Source: a virus
Lineage: Duplodnaviria; Caudoviricetes
Reading direction: 5' to 3' (one strand)
Virus record (IMG/VR): IMGVR_UViG_3300048851_000175
Coordinates: 84 to 64,083 of that record
Length of the DNA: 64,000 nt
Under the pieces are notes generated by a model. That model did no database searches, was not told the DNA's origin, and saw nothing but the letters and a program-made list of their open reading frames with translations. Positions 15,884-24,269 of the stretch are shown in pieces. The position numbers were made by a program, and so were the translations under genes. The stretch's first letter is position 1, and each line of letters starts with the position of its first letter.

Positions 15884-16539
15884 TGAAGTCCGTCGCGAGC
15901 ATCATGCAGAAACTGCCGAACGTTCCATCTGCCGAGTCCGCGCCGCTCACGATCGACGCGGGCACCGTCCACGTGATCAATCAGCTGTTCCGTGAGCTGA
16001 AGGCGATCTTCCCAGCGTGGAAGCAGGCCTGGCCTGACAAGGAAGACATCGGCGCGGCGAAGGCCACCTGGGTCAAAGCTTTCATGGCTGAGAACATCAC
16101 TCGCATCGAGCAGATCCGTTTCGGCATCGAGCAGTGCCGCAAGCTGGGCTCGGACTTCGCACCGAGCGTTGGCAAGTTCATCAAGCTGTGCCAGCCAACG
16201 CCGGAAATGCTCGGCATCCCACCGCTAGAGAAGGCTTTCCGCGAGGCCTGCCGCAACGCTCACCCATCCATGGCCGGGCAGGGCAAATGGTCGCATCAGG
16301 CTGTCTGGCATACGGCGAAAGAGTGCGGTTTCGAACCGCTCAACCGCCTGGAATCCTCGCTCGCCATGAAGCTGTTCGAGCGCAACTACATGATCACCGT
16401 CCGCCGCATGATCGAGGGTTTCCCATTGCAGGCAATGCCGTTGGCCCTGCCAGCTCGGGCCGAAGCCCGGCGCACTCCCGATATCGGAAACAAGGCCTTG
16501 GCCGAACTGCGCGCACGCCGCGCCGGAGCGTCAGCATGA
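15880..16539 (+). CDS. Replication protein P-like helicase loader
   Basis: LFRELKAIFPAWKQAW...W.KAF.AENIT..EQI.FGIEQCRK...FAPSVGKFI. Confidence 0.85.
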   Translation: MMKSVASIMQKLPNVPSAESAPLTIDAGTVHVINQLFRELKAIFPAWKQAWPDKEDIGAAKATWVKAFMAENITRIEQIRFGIEQCRKLGSDFAPSVGKFIKLCQPTPEMLGIPPLEKAFREACRNAHPSMAGQGKWSHQAVWHTAKECGFEPLNRLESSLAMKLFERNYMITVRRMIEGFPLQAMPLALPARAEARRTPDIGNKALAELRARRAGASA

Positions 16540-16736
16540 GCGATTCCAGACTTGCCGCGCCTGATCCCGCGGCGTTCCGTTACGCGGTCTACGCGTGCTC
16601 CTCGAAGATCGACCTTTCCATCCCGCCGGATCCTGCGGTAGCGCTGTTCGATCACAAGGGCATCGCCGAGTCTTTCGGGCGGCGGATGTGGCCCAGCACC
16701 TTTGAAGTCGTTGACCTGACGGAGACCGCACGATGA
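16536..16736 (+). CDS. Phage hypothetical protein
   Basis: ATGA overlap with the P-like gene; 66 aa. Confidence 0.6.
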   Translation: MSDSRLAAPDPAAFRYAVYACSSKIDLSIPPDPAVALFDHKGIAESFGRRMWPSTFEVVDLTETAR

Positions 16737-16836
16737 GAAAGATCAATGCATTCGCCAATGTCGTCAGGTGCTTCATCGCTTTCATGGGGGCCGGCTATGA
16801 CGGGTCGGTACCTCCAGTTGAATCTCAGTTCGGGGC

Positions 16837-17151
16837 GTGGATGTGATGACTAAGCAGACGAAGTTCACCAAGGCCGCGCGCGGCCGCGACTGCCAGATCC
16901 GTGTGCCGGGCGTGTGCAACGGCAACCCAGAAACCACCGTGCTGGCTCACCTGCGAATGGCCGGCACGCGCTGCGGCACCGGCCTGAAGCCGCACGACCT
17001 GCAGGCCGCTTGGGCGTGCTCTGCCTGTCACGACGCCGTAGATGCGCGTCGCAACACCGAGTTCAGCCGGGAACAACTCCGCACGATGCACATGGAAGGC
17101 ATGGTGCGAACGATCGACATTCTGGTGAGCGAAGGGAAGGTGCCAGCTTGA
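16837..17151 (+). CDS. DUF1364/YbcO-like Zn-binding nuclease-fold protein
   Basis: KAARGRDCQIRVPGVCNGNPETTVLAH...KPHD...AWACSACHD. Confidence 0.85.
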   Translation: MDVMTKQTKFTKAARGRDCQIRVPGVCNGNPETTVLAHLRMAGTRCGTGLKPHDLQAAWACSACHDAVDARRNTEFSREQLRTMHMEGMVRTIDILVSEGKVPA

Positions 17152-17423
17152 ACAACCCAGCAATGATGTTCGGCGGGATTCCAGTGATCATTTCCGAGCA
17201 CCTTCCGGCTACGAAAACGATCAAGTGGCGTACCGAGCGCAAGTGGTGCCACTGGAAGAGCCGGCCCGAGCTTCGGTATCGCACCAACGCCAAGCAGGTG
17301 CCATGCGAGACGCTGCTGATGTTCAACGGAAAGGCGGTCATGTCCTTGGCCAGTTGGGCAAAGATCGAATTGGAGCTTGCTGCACGGGGTTTTGAGGCCG
17401 AATTCTATAGGGGAAAGCCATGA
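17148..17423 (+). CDS. Phage hypothetical protein
   Basis: Overlaps the previous stop (TTGA); nin-region position. Confidence 0.5.
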   Translation: MNNPAMMFGGIPVIISEHLPATKTIKWRTERKWCHWKSRPELRYRTNAKQVPCETLLMFNGKAVMSLASWAKIELELAARGFEAEFYRGKP

Positions 17424-17517
17424 ACTGGTCGCAACTCAAAACACTGCTGAACACTACCAAGGTTCTGCATGACGGGCGCGGCGGCTTCGCTTTCACTCCG
17501 CTGCGCGGTTCGGCGAA

Positions 17518-17934
17518 ATGAGGCTGTTCAAGCAGAAGGCTACCCGCGCGAAGCAGGTCGACCGCGAAGGCTTGGAGCAGGCTGCGCTGATAAAAGAACT
17601 CGAATTGCGTCTGCCTGCCGTCGCTGCGTTGATCTATCACGTCCCCAACGGCGGCCACCGACACAAGCTCGTCGCCATCAAGCTGAAAGGGCAGGGCGTC
17701 AAAGCGGGCGTGCCCGATCTGGTGCTGCCGATGGCGCGCGGCGGTTACTTCGGCCTCTACCTCGAGTTCAAGGCGACTGCGCCGAATGACGCGGCGGTAT
17801 CGGCCAGCCAGCACGCGTGGATCCGCCGGCTCAACGATCAGGGGTATCTGGCGATCGTGTGCCGTGGCCACTTCGACGCGATGGAGCAGATCCGCGCTTA
17901 CCTCAAACTTCCCCAAACGGTGCCAGCGGCATGA
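17518..17934 (+). CDS. VRR-NUC endonuclease (Holliday-junction resolvase-like)
   Basis: HVPNGG, GVKAGVPDL and LYLEFKA (PD-(D/E)xK). Confidence 0.88.
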   Translation: MRLFKQKATRAKQVDREGLEQAALIKELELRLPAVAALIYHVPNGGHRHKLVAIKLKGQGVKAGVPDLVLPMARGGYFGLYLEFKATAPNDAAVSASQHAWIRRLNDQGYLAIVCRGHFDAMEQIRAYLKLPQTVPAA

Positions 17935-18089
17935 GCACGGGTGAATCGATTGTATATCTGGTGATCATCACTGCGTGGGTGTGCGGCATTGCAGTCGCCA
18001 AGGGCTTCTGGCTGACGCTTGGCTGCGTGACGATTCCGCCGTTGAGCTGGGTCGTGCTGGCGCAGCATCTGATGGGGCTGGCTGCATGA
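17931..18089 (+). CDS. Small two-TM protein
   Basis: 52 aa, hydrophobic, ATGA-coupled on both sides. Confidence 0.6.
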   Translation: MSTGESIVYLVIITAWVCGIAVAKGFWLTLGCVTIPPLSWVVLAQHLMGLAA

Positions 18090-19387
18090 GTAAGACTCGC
18101 GCCGTGAAGCTCAGCGATGCAGAGATCCGCCGGCAGGCGGCCGACGTTGCCGTGCACGACCTTCGCGACCCTCGTCACCCGGGCCTCTACCTGCGATTCG
18201 GCAAAGATCGGCAGCGCGGCTCCTGGTATCTGGTCAAGGGCAAGGCATGGAAGCACCTCGCGCGCTGGCCCGAACTGAGTGCGGCCGCCATCGTTGCGGA
18301 GTTGCCTGCCCTCCGGCAGCGCCTGCTTCACGATCCAGAAGCCGCCGTAGCGGTGGGGCAGTTCGCCACGTGTGGACAACTGATCGAATGGTACGGCGAG
18401 CGCATGAGCCTGGACCGTTCGCTGTCGGCGAAGCGCAAGGCCGGCGCCAAGTCAGCCATCAAGTGCCACTTGAAGCCCAGGCTGGAGCACGTCCCCCTGC
18501 GTAACCTGACCGCCGCCGTGTTGGACCGTGAGCTGATGTGGCCATGCCAGCAAGAGCTGTCGTTGTCGTACGTGCATCAGTTATTCGTGCTGCTGGTGGT
18601 AGCGTTCCTGCAGGCCTCGAAGCTGGGCCTGATCGACAAAAACCCGATGGCCGAGATGAAGTTCGTGGACTTCACGAAGGCTCGCATCATGCCCAAGGCT
18701 GCACGGTTGCGCGGCGGGCACCTGGCGGAAGTGGTGCCCATGCTGGCCGGCCTGTTCGAGAGCCAGCCCGGCGAGTCCATGTTGGCGCTGATGATGCTGT
18801 GTCACGGCACCCGGGTCGGTGAAACCAGAATGGCGCGCTGGTCGGACATCTCCATCCCGGACGGCGAGTGGTTTATCCCGGCCGAGAACACCAAGACCCG
18901 GACCGAGCACCGTGTGCCGTTGACCGCTCAGGCCAAGGCGCTGCTGAGCCGGTACCGGGCAAACCAGCTGGCTCGCGGTTACGAGGGCATCTACCTGTTC
19001 CCGTCACGCCGCGGCCGTGTGCTAAGCGAGGGGCAGGCGAGCGCGGTGTTCACCCGCATCGGCCAAGGTGAGTGGACCAGTCACGACCTGCGCAAGGTTG
19101 CCCGCACAGCGTGGACAGACCTCGGCATCGACGGGCACATCGGCGAGATGCTGCTCAACCATTCGCTGGGCAAGATCGCGAGCACTTACATCAACACGCA
19201 GGCCCGGGCACAGCGTCTGGTGGCGCTGGAGAAGTGGCACAACTGGTTAGACGGGCGCGGCCTGAACGCGATTCACAACCTGACAGACACCCAATATGAA
19301 GATTCGCAAAACCCCGCGCAAGCCACGAACGGCGAGGGCTGCGAGCCTGTTTCCAACATTGTGAATGGCGAGGTTTCAAAAGCGTGA
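18086..19387 (+). CDS. Second tyrosine recombinase (arm-binding N-domain type) in the nin region
   Basis: GLYLRF N-domain; HGTRVGE (R), TKT (K), HDLRK (HxxR), LLNHSLG and STYI (Tyr) all intact. Confidence 0.85.
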   Translation: MSKTRAVKLSDAEIRRQAADVAVHDLRDPRHPGLYLRFGKDRQRGSWYLVKGKAWKHLARWPELSAAAIVAELPALRQRLLHDPEAAVAVGQFATCGQLIEWYGERMSLDRSLSAKRKAGAKSAIKCHLKPRLEHVPLRNLTAAVLDRELMWPCQQELSLSYVHQLFVLLVVAFLQASKLGLIDKNPMAEMKFVDFTKARIMPKAARLRGGHLAEVVPMLAGLFESQPGESMLALMMLCHGTRVGETRMARWSDISIPDGEWFIPAENTKTRTEHRVPLTAQAKALLSRYRANQLARGYEGIYLFPSRRGRVLSEGQASAVFTRIGQGEWTSHDLRKVARTAWTDLGIDGHIGEMLLNHSLGKIASTYINTQARAQRLVALEKWHNWLDGRGLNAIHNLTDTQYEDSQNPAQATNGEGCEPVSNIVNGEVSKA

Positions 19388-19698
19388 AAAAGAGCCATGG
19401 CCCTGCCTTCCGCAAAGAATTGAAACCGCTGATGGAGTGCGGCACCTGTCGCGGCGCCGGCGTCGTCAGCGGGGTTTTCCATCAGCTTGATTGCACTGCC
19501 TGCCATGGCTCGGGATGGGTCTGCCAGTCAACCGGTGACGCGCTGCCACTGGAAGACCTGGTGCCGCAACTGAACATGAAGCTGCGCAACGTCACCGCCG
19601 AACTCAACCGGGCGCGACACCGCCAGAGTGGTGCGCACGCACAATACGAACAGAACAACCGCCGCGGCGCCGGCGGCTCGAACTACACAGGGGACTGA
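19384..19698 (+). CDS. Zn-finger protein (CxxCxGxG repeats)
   Basis: CGTCRGAG...CTACHGSG. Confidence 0.7.
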   Translation: MKKSHGPAFRKELKPLMECGTCRGAGVVSGVFHQLDCTACHGSGWVCQSTGDALPLEDLVPQLNMKLRNVTAELNRARHRQSGAHAQYEQNNRRGAGGSNYTGD

Positions 19699-19701
19699 GC
19701 G

Positions 19702-20265
19702 ATGGGCATCTATAAAGACGTGATGGGCACGCTGGTCCGTGTACTGGCCGCCGACAATATCGACAACAGCACCAAGCAGTCCTGGCAAAAGTTGATCGAT
19801 GCTGATCTTCGACAGGGCGGCACCGGCAGTTCCATATCGGTCCGCGACAAGTTCGACTATGACTGCTGCCTTTACGCACTGCTGCACCGCCACCTTGATG
19901 CGGCGCACTGGGACGTGTTGGTGGCGAAATATTCAACGCACAAGGCCAACAAGGTGGGAGCGATTGGACGTCTTTCTACCCGCATTGGATCACCGGCACC
20001 GAGGCTCTTTATATATAAAGCGCTCACCGCCTGGGCCATTCCCCAACTAAAAGGCCTTCAGACGGGCAAGCGCTCCACCGACATGATCGTGCTGCCCGCC
20101 GAGTTCTACGACATGAATTCGTGGGATCCGGACGCCAACCCAGAGCGTACCCGTTACCGCTGGAGGGATGGGATCAAGAAGCGCTTAGAGGCGCTGGAAG
20201 AGGCGGCGGTGATCCATGCAACGGAGATATTCGACCTCGAAGAAATCTTCATCGACGCCGCTTGA
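19702..20265 (+). CDS. Late-gene antiterminator Q-like protein
   Basis: Last gene before a sigma70 promoter, two terminators and the lysis genes; C-terminal helical segment RTRYRWRDGIKKRL. Confidence 0.65.
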   Translation: MGIYKDVMGTLVRVLAADNIDNSTKQSWQKLIDADLRQGGTGSSISVRDKFDYDCCLYALLHRHLDAAHWDVLVAKYSTHKANKVGAIGRLSTRIGSPAPRLFIYKALTAWAIPQLKGLQTGKRSTDMIVLPAEFYDMNSWDPDANPERTRYRWRDGIKKRLEALEEAAVIHATEIFDLEEIFIDAA

Positions 20266-20290
20266 CCAAGTGGCGGAATGGCCGTAAATT
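20262..20290 (+). promoter_or_regulatory. pR'-like late promoter
   Basis: TTGACC (20262) - 17 bp - TAAATT (20285), overlapping the Q stop codon. Confidence 0.7.
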
Positions 20291-20331
20291 AGCCCCATCA
20301 TGTCGATCTTACGCGTTATGAGAGAGACAGC

Positions 20332-20363
20332 AAAAGCCCTGCCATTGAGCGGGGCTTTTTATT
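20332..20363 (+). terminator. tR'-like terminator 1
   Basis: AAAAGCCCTGC-cattga-GCGGGGCTTTTT. Confidence 0.75.
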
Positions 20364-20379
20364 GACTGCCATAAATGAC

Positions 20380-20410
20380 AAAGCCCCGACATGATCGGGG
20401 CTTTTTCGTT
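20380..20410 (+). terminator. tR'-like terminator 2
   Basis: AAAGCCCCGA-catga-TCGGGGCTTTTT. Confidence 0.75.
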
Positions 20411-20417
20411 TGCTCGG

Positions 20418-20559
20418 AAAAGAGAGGGCGACTCCAGAGGGTGCGCTAACACCCTAAGGAGACGCCAGATCGCAGCGTATACCTGCAAGCCAGCCAAGGC
20501 CCTCACTGCTCGCGCGAGCGGGGCGGAGCCTAGCAGAAACCTAAAGGCTTTGCAGAATG
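20418..20559 (+). ncRNA. Structured 5' leader, copy A (before the com-like gene)
   Basis: Hairpins and sequence blocks shared with 49118-49266; a 3' stem pairs with the RBS. Confidence 0.6.
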
Positions 20560-20742
20560 TTGAAAGATTGCAGATGTGGAAAGTGCAAAAGACTTCTCGC
20601 CCGTATCGGTGAGATGACGGAGCTCCAGATCAAATGTTCCCGGTGCGGGACGTTGAATCATGTGAGGGCCACGAGCCCCGAGCTATCGCCTTTGAGCGAC
20701 ATGAATGCGGAATCCTCCGCGAAAAATCATTCGACTCAATAG
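20557..20742 (+). CDS. Mu Com-like zinc-finger translational regulator
   Basis: DCRCGKCKRLLA...LQIKCSRCGTLN, the Com-family CxxC...CxxC pattern. Confidence 0.85.
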   Translation: MLKDCRCGKCKRLLARIGEMTELQIKCSRCGTLNHVRATSPELSPLSDMNAESSAKNHSTQ

Positions 20743-20750
20743 GTATCAAC

Positions 20751-21095
20751 ATGCAAAACGTAAAAGTAGGCAAGCACTTCGTAACTGTGTTCCCAACCAC
20801 TTTCCCTAACAGTGTTGCGCAGATCGTAGATCCTGCCACCAACACCGATGGGGTCCATCTTCAGACTGCGACTCTCGTAACCGCAGGCGGGACGCTGAAC
20901 CTGTACACCGGCAAGGTCGCTCCAACTCGTATTGGCGATCCTGTTGCTGCAGGTATCTTCGGCGGTGTGGATGGTGGCAACAACCGCCAGTACCAGCTGT
21001 CGTACCCGCTGTTCATTCCTGCTGGTTATGGCCTGTGGGCGTCTGCCAACACCGCAGGTGCAGCAATCGCGCTGACTTGGGACTTCGTGTCCTGA
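20751..21095 (+). CDS. Beta-rich hypothetical protein following com
   Basis: 114 aa, TAGG SD, ends YPLFIPAGYGLW...TWDFVS; followed by a hairpin at 21134-21156. Confidence 0.7.
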   Translation: MQNVKVGKHFVTVFPTTFPNSVAQIVDPATNTDGVHLQTATLVTAGGTLNLYTGKVAPTRIGDPVAAGIFGGVDGGNNRQYQLSYPLFIPAGYGLWASANTAGAAIALTWDFVS

Positions 21096-21278
21096 AAATC
21101 TGTTAGCCGATCAGAAATGAGCGGCTAACGATTAGCCCCGGCCTGCGCCGGGGCTTCCCAATTTCTCAGTCAGCCCAAAAGCAGAGTGCTTGGACTGGCT
21201 CATTCGTAAAGCTCATATCCCCCCTCGGTACCTCTGCCAACAAGTTCAGCGAGGGCCTTATTCGTACCCGGAGAAAAA

Positions 21279-21650
21279 ATGGACCCAACCGACCTCGGCC
21301 CAGGCACAGCTACCTGGCTGGGCGGAACTGGGACTGTCTTACTCGGGGGCTTCCTTTGGCTGAAGAGATTTCTCGCCAAGGAAGCGACCGAACGGGCGAT
21401 GGACAACGCCGATATCGGCACCGTTCGCCGTCTCAACGAGCTGCTGGATAGCGAACGGACACGCGCGAACGCTGCTGAGGCTCGAGCGGATCAGTTCGCC
21501 AAAGAACGCAATGAACTCGCGGCGGCAGTAGGTCGGATGGAAGGGAAGGTGGAAGCCCTAACCAGCCAGATCGCGCAACTCACTGACAAGGTAACCAGCT
21601 CAAGCGCAGAGATCGCGCGGCTACGGGCCCAGATCGGAGGCGCCACCTGA
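21279..21650 (+). CDS. Holin-like single-TM / coiled-coil lysis-cassette protein
   Basis: N-terminal TM (WLGGTGTVLLGGFLWL) plus long coiled coil; first gene of the lysis block. Confidence 0.5.
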   Translation: MDPTDLGPGTATWLGGTGTVLLGGFLWLKRFLAKEATERAMDNADIGTVRRLNELLDSERTRANAAEARADQFAKERNELAAAVGRMEGKVEALTSQIAQLTDKVTSSSAEIARLRAQIGGAT

Positions 21651-21988
21651 TGCACAGAATCGCAATGGAGTTTGTCGCTCGCCAGTGGTGGCGACATGCG
21701 CAAGTCTGGCTGATCGCCATTCTCCTTATCGCAGGCGGGTCGGTTCTGGGCTTCCAGGCCGCTCAGTGGGCTCTGGCCAGCTACTACACGAAGCAGGTCG
21801 CAGAAGTGCGGCGTGCTTACGACGAGGCAATGGGGCAGCGAGACCTGCGCTTGAACACGCTTGCCGAGAAGGCGGGCAAGGCAGCAGAGAAAGTCGAGGC
21901 CGCCGCGAGCACTGCAACTCAAGCGGCCGGCGTTGCCAGCAAGGCCGCTGACAAGGTCAACGAAGCAGTTGACCGAGTGACCCCCTAA
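21650..21988 (+). CDS. Single-TM lysis-cassette protein
   Basis: TM VWLIAILLIAGGSVLGF, Ala-rich helical tail, coupled stop/start. Confidence 0.55.
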   Translation: MHRIAMEFVARQWWRHAQVWLIAILLIAGGSVLGFQAAQWALASYYTKQVAEVRRAYDEAMGQRDLRLNTLAEKAGKAAEKVEAAASTATQAAGVASKAADKVNEAVDRVTP

Positions 21989-22506
21989 TGGGCGTGCTCA
22001 AGCTGGTTCCGGTTTGGGCATGGCTGCTGCTGGGTCTGATAGCGGCGACCGGCTACTTGGTATTCCGGTTGGATCATGCCAAGACATCACTGGATCAAGC
22101 CAAGACAACATTGGCCGCCGTGACAGGCGAGCGTGACGTCGCCACCGCCCGCGCTGCATCGATCGGCAAGACGCTGAGCCTGCAACGCCAACTCACTGAA
22201 GATTCGAACAAGGCGACAGACCATGCTACCGAACAGGCTGAACACATTACGGCTGCCGTTGCTGTTGCTGATGACCGCGCTCGCAGCCTGCAGCAACAAG
22301 TCACCGATCTGCTTGCCAACCGAAAGCGTTGTCCTTCCGACCTTGCCAGCACAGGCAAGACAAGAGACGACCTCGCCGTTGTGCTCGCCGAACTGCGTCG
22401 AAGTGCTGACGAAGAAGCGGGAAGCTTGGCAGAAGCGCTTGACCGAAGCCGACTAGCTGGTCAGCTGTGCGAGGCAATGTACTCCGCAGCAATGAAGGCG
22501 AGATGA
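21988..22506 (+). CDS. Rz-like inner-membrane spanin
   Basis: N-terminal TM plus periplasmic coiled coil ending GQLCEAMY; contains an embedded lipoprotein ORF. Confidence 0.75.
   Translation: MGVLKLVPVWAWLLLGLIAATGYLVFRLDHAKTSLDQAKTTLAAVTGERDVATARAASIGKTLSLQRQLTEDSNKATDHATEQAEHITAAVAVADDRARSLQQQVTDLLANRKRCPSDLASTGKTRDDLAVVLAELRRSADEEAGSLAEALDRSRLAGQLCEAMYSAAMKAR
22223..22456 (+). CDS. Rz1-like outer-membrane spanin lipoprotein embedded in Rz (+1 frame)
   Basis: Signal peptide with lipobox LAAC, Pro-rich mature part and extra Cys (CSPNC), wholly inside Rz. Confidence 0.75.
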   Translation: MLPNRLNTLRLPLLLLMTALAACSNKSPICLPTESVVLPTLPAQARQETTSPLCSPNCVEVLTKKREAWQKRLTEAD

Positions 22507-22631
22507 AGAAGTCCTGGTACGTGACCGTGCCGGGCTACCCACCATTCCCCATGATCATGCCGGAAGACCATGACCACGCTGGTGCCTTGGCATTCGCGCG
22601 CTGCAAGTGGCCGACCTGCACAGTGGAGTAA
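22503..22631 (+). CDS. Small phage protein (42 aa, below the ORF-track cutoff)
   Basis: MKKSWYVTVPGYPPFPMIMPEDHDHAGALAFARCKWPTCTVE*; ATGA-coupled to Rz. Confidence 0.55.
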   Translation: MKKSWYVTVPGYPPFPMIMPEDHDHAGALAFARCKWPTCTVE

Positions 22632-22634
22632 GAC

Positions 22635-23000
22635 ATGACAGACGGCAACCAACTGAAAGTGGTAACGATCAAGCCGGGTCCTGCCTCAGCTGGCGGAATG
22701 GCGCACCACACCAAAGGCACCAAGGTAATCCTGTCTGATGGCAGCGAGCTCAGCGGTGTCACTCGCATCACTTTGCACGCCGAGCCCAACGACGTATGGA
22801 AGGCAGTCATTGAGGTCTATCCGGAAAGCGTGCAGGTCGTTGCGGCCGAAGCCACCACATGCGTGGTTGAGGTTACGGCGCTGACTGATGAGCAGCGCCG
22901 TTATGCGATGGGCCAGAACACCGAGGGCTGCTCTGAGATGCCAAGTGAAGGCATTGTCCTGCTTGAAGTGGGTGAGCAGGTAGACCCTCTTGGCCTGTAG
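22635..23000 (+). CDS. Phage hypothetical protein
   Basis: GGAG SD; beta-rich GTKVILSDG...GVTRITL. Confidence 0.6.
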   Translation: MTDGNQLKVVTIKPGPASAGGMAHHTKGTKVILSDGSELSGVTRITLHAEPNDVWKAVIEVYPESVQVVAAEATTCVVEVTALTDEQRRYAMGQNTEGCSEMPSEGIVLLEVGEQVDPLGL

Positions 23001-23050
23001 TGGATGCGCCGCGCGGCGCGCGTGGATCAACAAGTGGTCGAAGGTGGCAT

Positions 23051-23230
23051 ATGAACGAGCAGCTGATCTCCTTGCTGGAAAGAGTAACGGCGGCACAGGA
23101 AGCGCAGGCAACCGCGATGCAGACGATAGCGGATCGCCTCGACCTGCTGATCCAAGCGATGGCCGAGGGTGAGCCTGAAGATCCTGACGCCCAACCTCTC
23201 AGGTACATGGACGGCACACCATGCCGCTGA
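23051..23230 (+). CDS. Small acidic phage protein preceding HNH
   Basis: MNEQLISLLER...YMDGTPCR. Confidence 0.6.
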   Translation: MNEQLISLLERVTAAQEAQATAMQTIADRLDLLIQAMAEGEPEDPDAQPLRYMDGTPCR

Positions 23231-23622
23231 GATCGCAGAAGCCATGCAACGCCCAGGGCTGCAACACGCTGACCCGCAACCCCCGTTACTGTGATGTCCA
23301 CAAAGACGTCGGCAAGCAGTTCGAGGTGAAGCAGCGTGAGAAGCAGCGCGAGACCAGCAGCCACCGCGGTTACAGCTACAAGTGGCAGCAGGCTCGCAAG
23401 TCTTATCTGGCGAAGCACCCGCTGTGCGCTGAGTGCGAGCGGCAGGGATTAGTAGTGGAAGCTACCGATCTAGACCACATCGTGCCGCACGGCGGCGACA
23501 AGGAAGCGTTCTGGGTTCGCTCTAACTGGCAAGGCCTGTGTCACCCATGCCACAGCCGCAAAACGGCGGCGGAGGACGGCGGATGGGGCAACGCAAGGGC
23601 GCCTGGTGGCCGTGGCGCGTGA
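23221..23622 (+). CDS. HNH endonuclease (HK97 gp74-like terminase cofactor)
   Basis: HPLCAEC, DHIVPH, NWQGLCHPCHSRKT; immediately before terS. Confidence 0.9.
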   Translation: MPLRSQKPCNAQGCNTLTRNPRYCDVHKDVGKQFEVKQREKQRETSSHRGYSYKWQQARKSYLAKHPLCAECERQGLVVEATDLDHIVPHGGDKEAFWVRSNWQGLCHPCHSRKTAAEDGGWGNARAPGGRGA

Positions 23623-23729
23623 ATGAGATCGATTCTCGTGAAATTTCACCGAAATTGGCGGAAATGAGAAATATTCGCATTTTCAGGGGTGGGGAGGGTC
23701 AAAAGTCTGGGGCCTTTCGCTTCTAGACC

Positions 23730-23738
23730 GCGCCCTCA
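23730..23738 (+). other. Candidate cos cleavage site
   Basis: GCGCCCTCA between HNH and terS; resembles the 9-nt 3' cos I recall for Pseudomonas phage D3 (GCGCCCCCA). Confidence 0.45.
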
Positions 23739-23783
23739 GTCGTTTTTTTACACCCGCGAAATTAAAAATTCAGGAGTTGCGCG

Positions 23784-24269
23784 ATGGGAGGCACCGCCAC
23801 GGTCGCCGGCCGTGGTCGCAAACCCAAGCCAACGGCCAAGAAAGCACTGGCCGGAAACCCGGGCAAGCGTGCGCTGAACACCGCTGAGCCCCAGTTTTCC
23901 AAGATCACCCAGATCGACCCACCAGAGTGGTTCAGCCCTCGGGCGGCCACCATGTGGAACATGATTGTTCCGGAGCTGTTGCGCGAGAACGTCGTCGCGA
24001 TCACCGATCTGCATAACGTCGAAGCCTTTTGCAGCGCCTATGACAACTGGCGCATGGCGCAGGAGTCGATCAAGGCGCACGGCATTGTGGTGACCGGGGC
24101 CACCGGCGGCCCGATGAAGAATCCGGCCCTGACCGCGGCCAACGAAACGATGCGCCAGATGGTGACGTTCGGATCAATGCTTGGCCTGGACCCGGCGAGC
24201 CGCACACGCTTGATCGGTGGCAATAAAGAAAAGGAAACCAACGAGTTCGCCAAATTACTGAGTAGCTGA
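23784..24269 (+). CDS. terS: Terminase small subunit (P27 family)
   Basis: [38 protein letters not shown]. Confidence 0.92.
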   Translation: MGGTATVAGRGRKPKPTAKKALAGNPGKRALNTAEPQFSKITQIDPPEWFSPRAATMWNMIVPELLRENVVAITDLHNVEAFCSAYDNWRMAQESIKAHGIVVTGATGGPMKNPALTAANETMRQMVTFGSMLGLDPASRTRLIGGNKEKETNEFAKLLSS

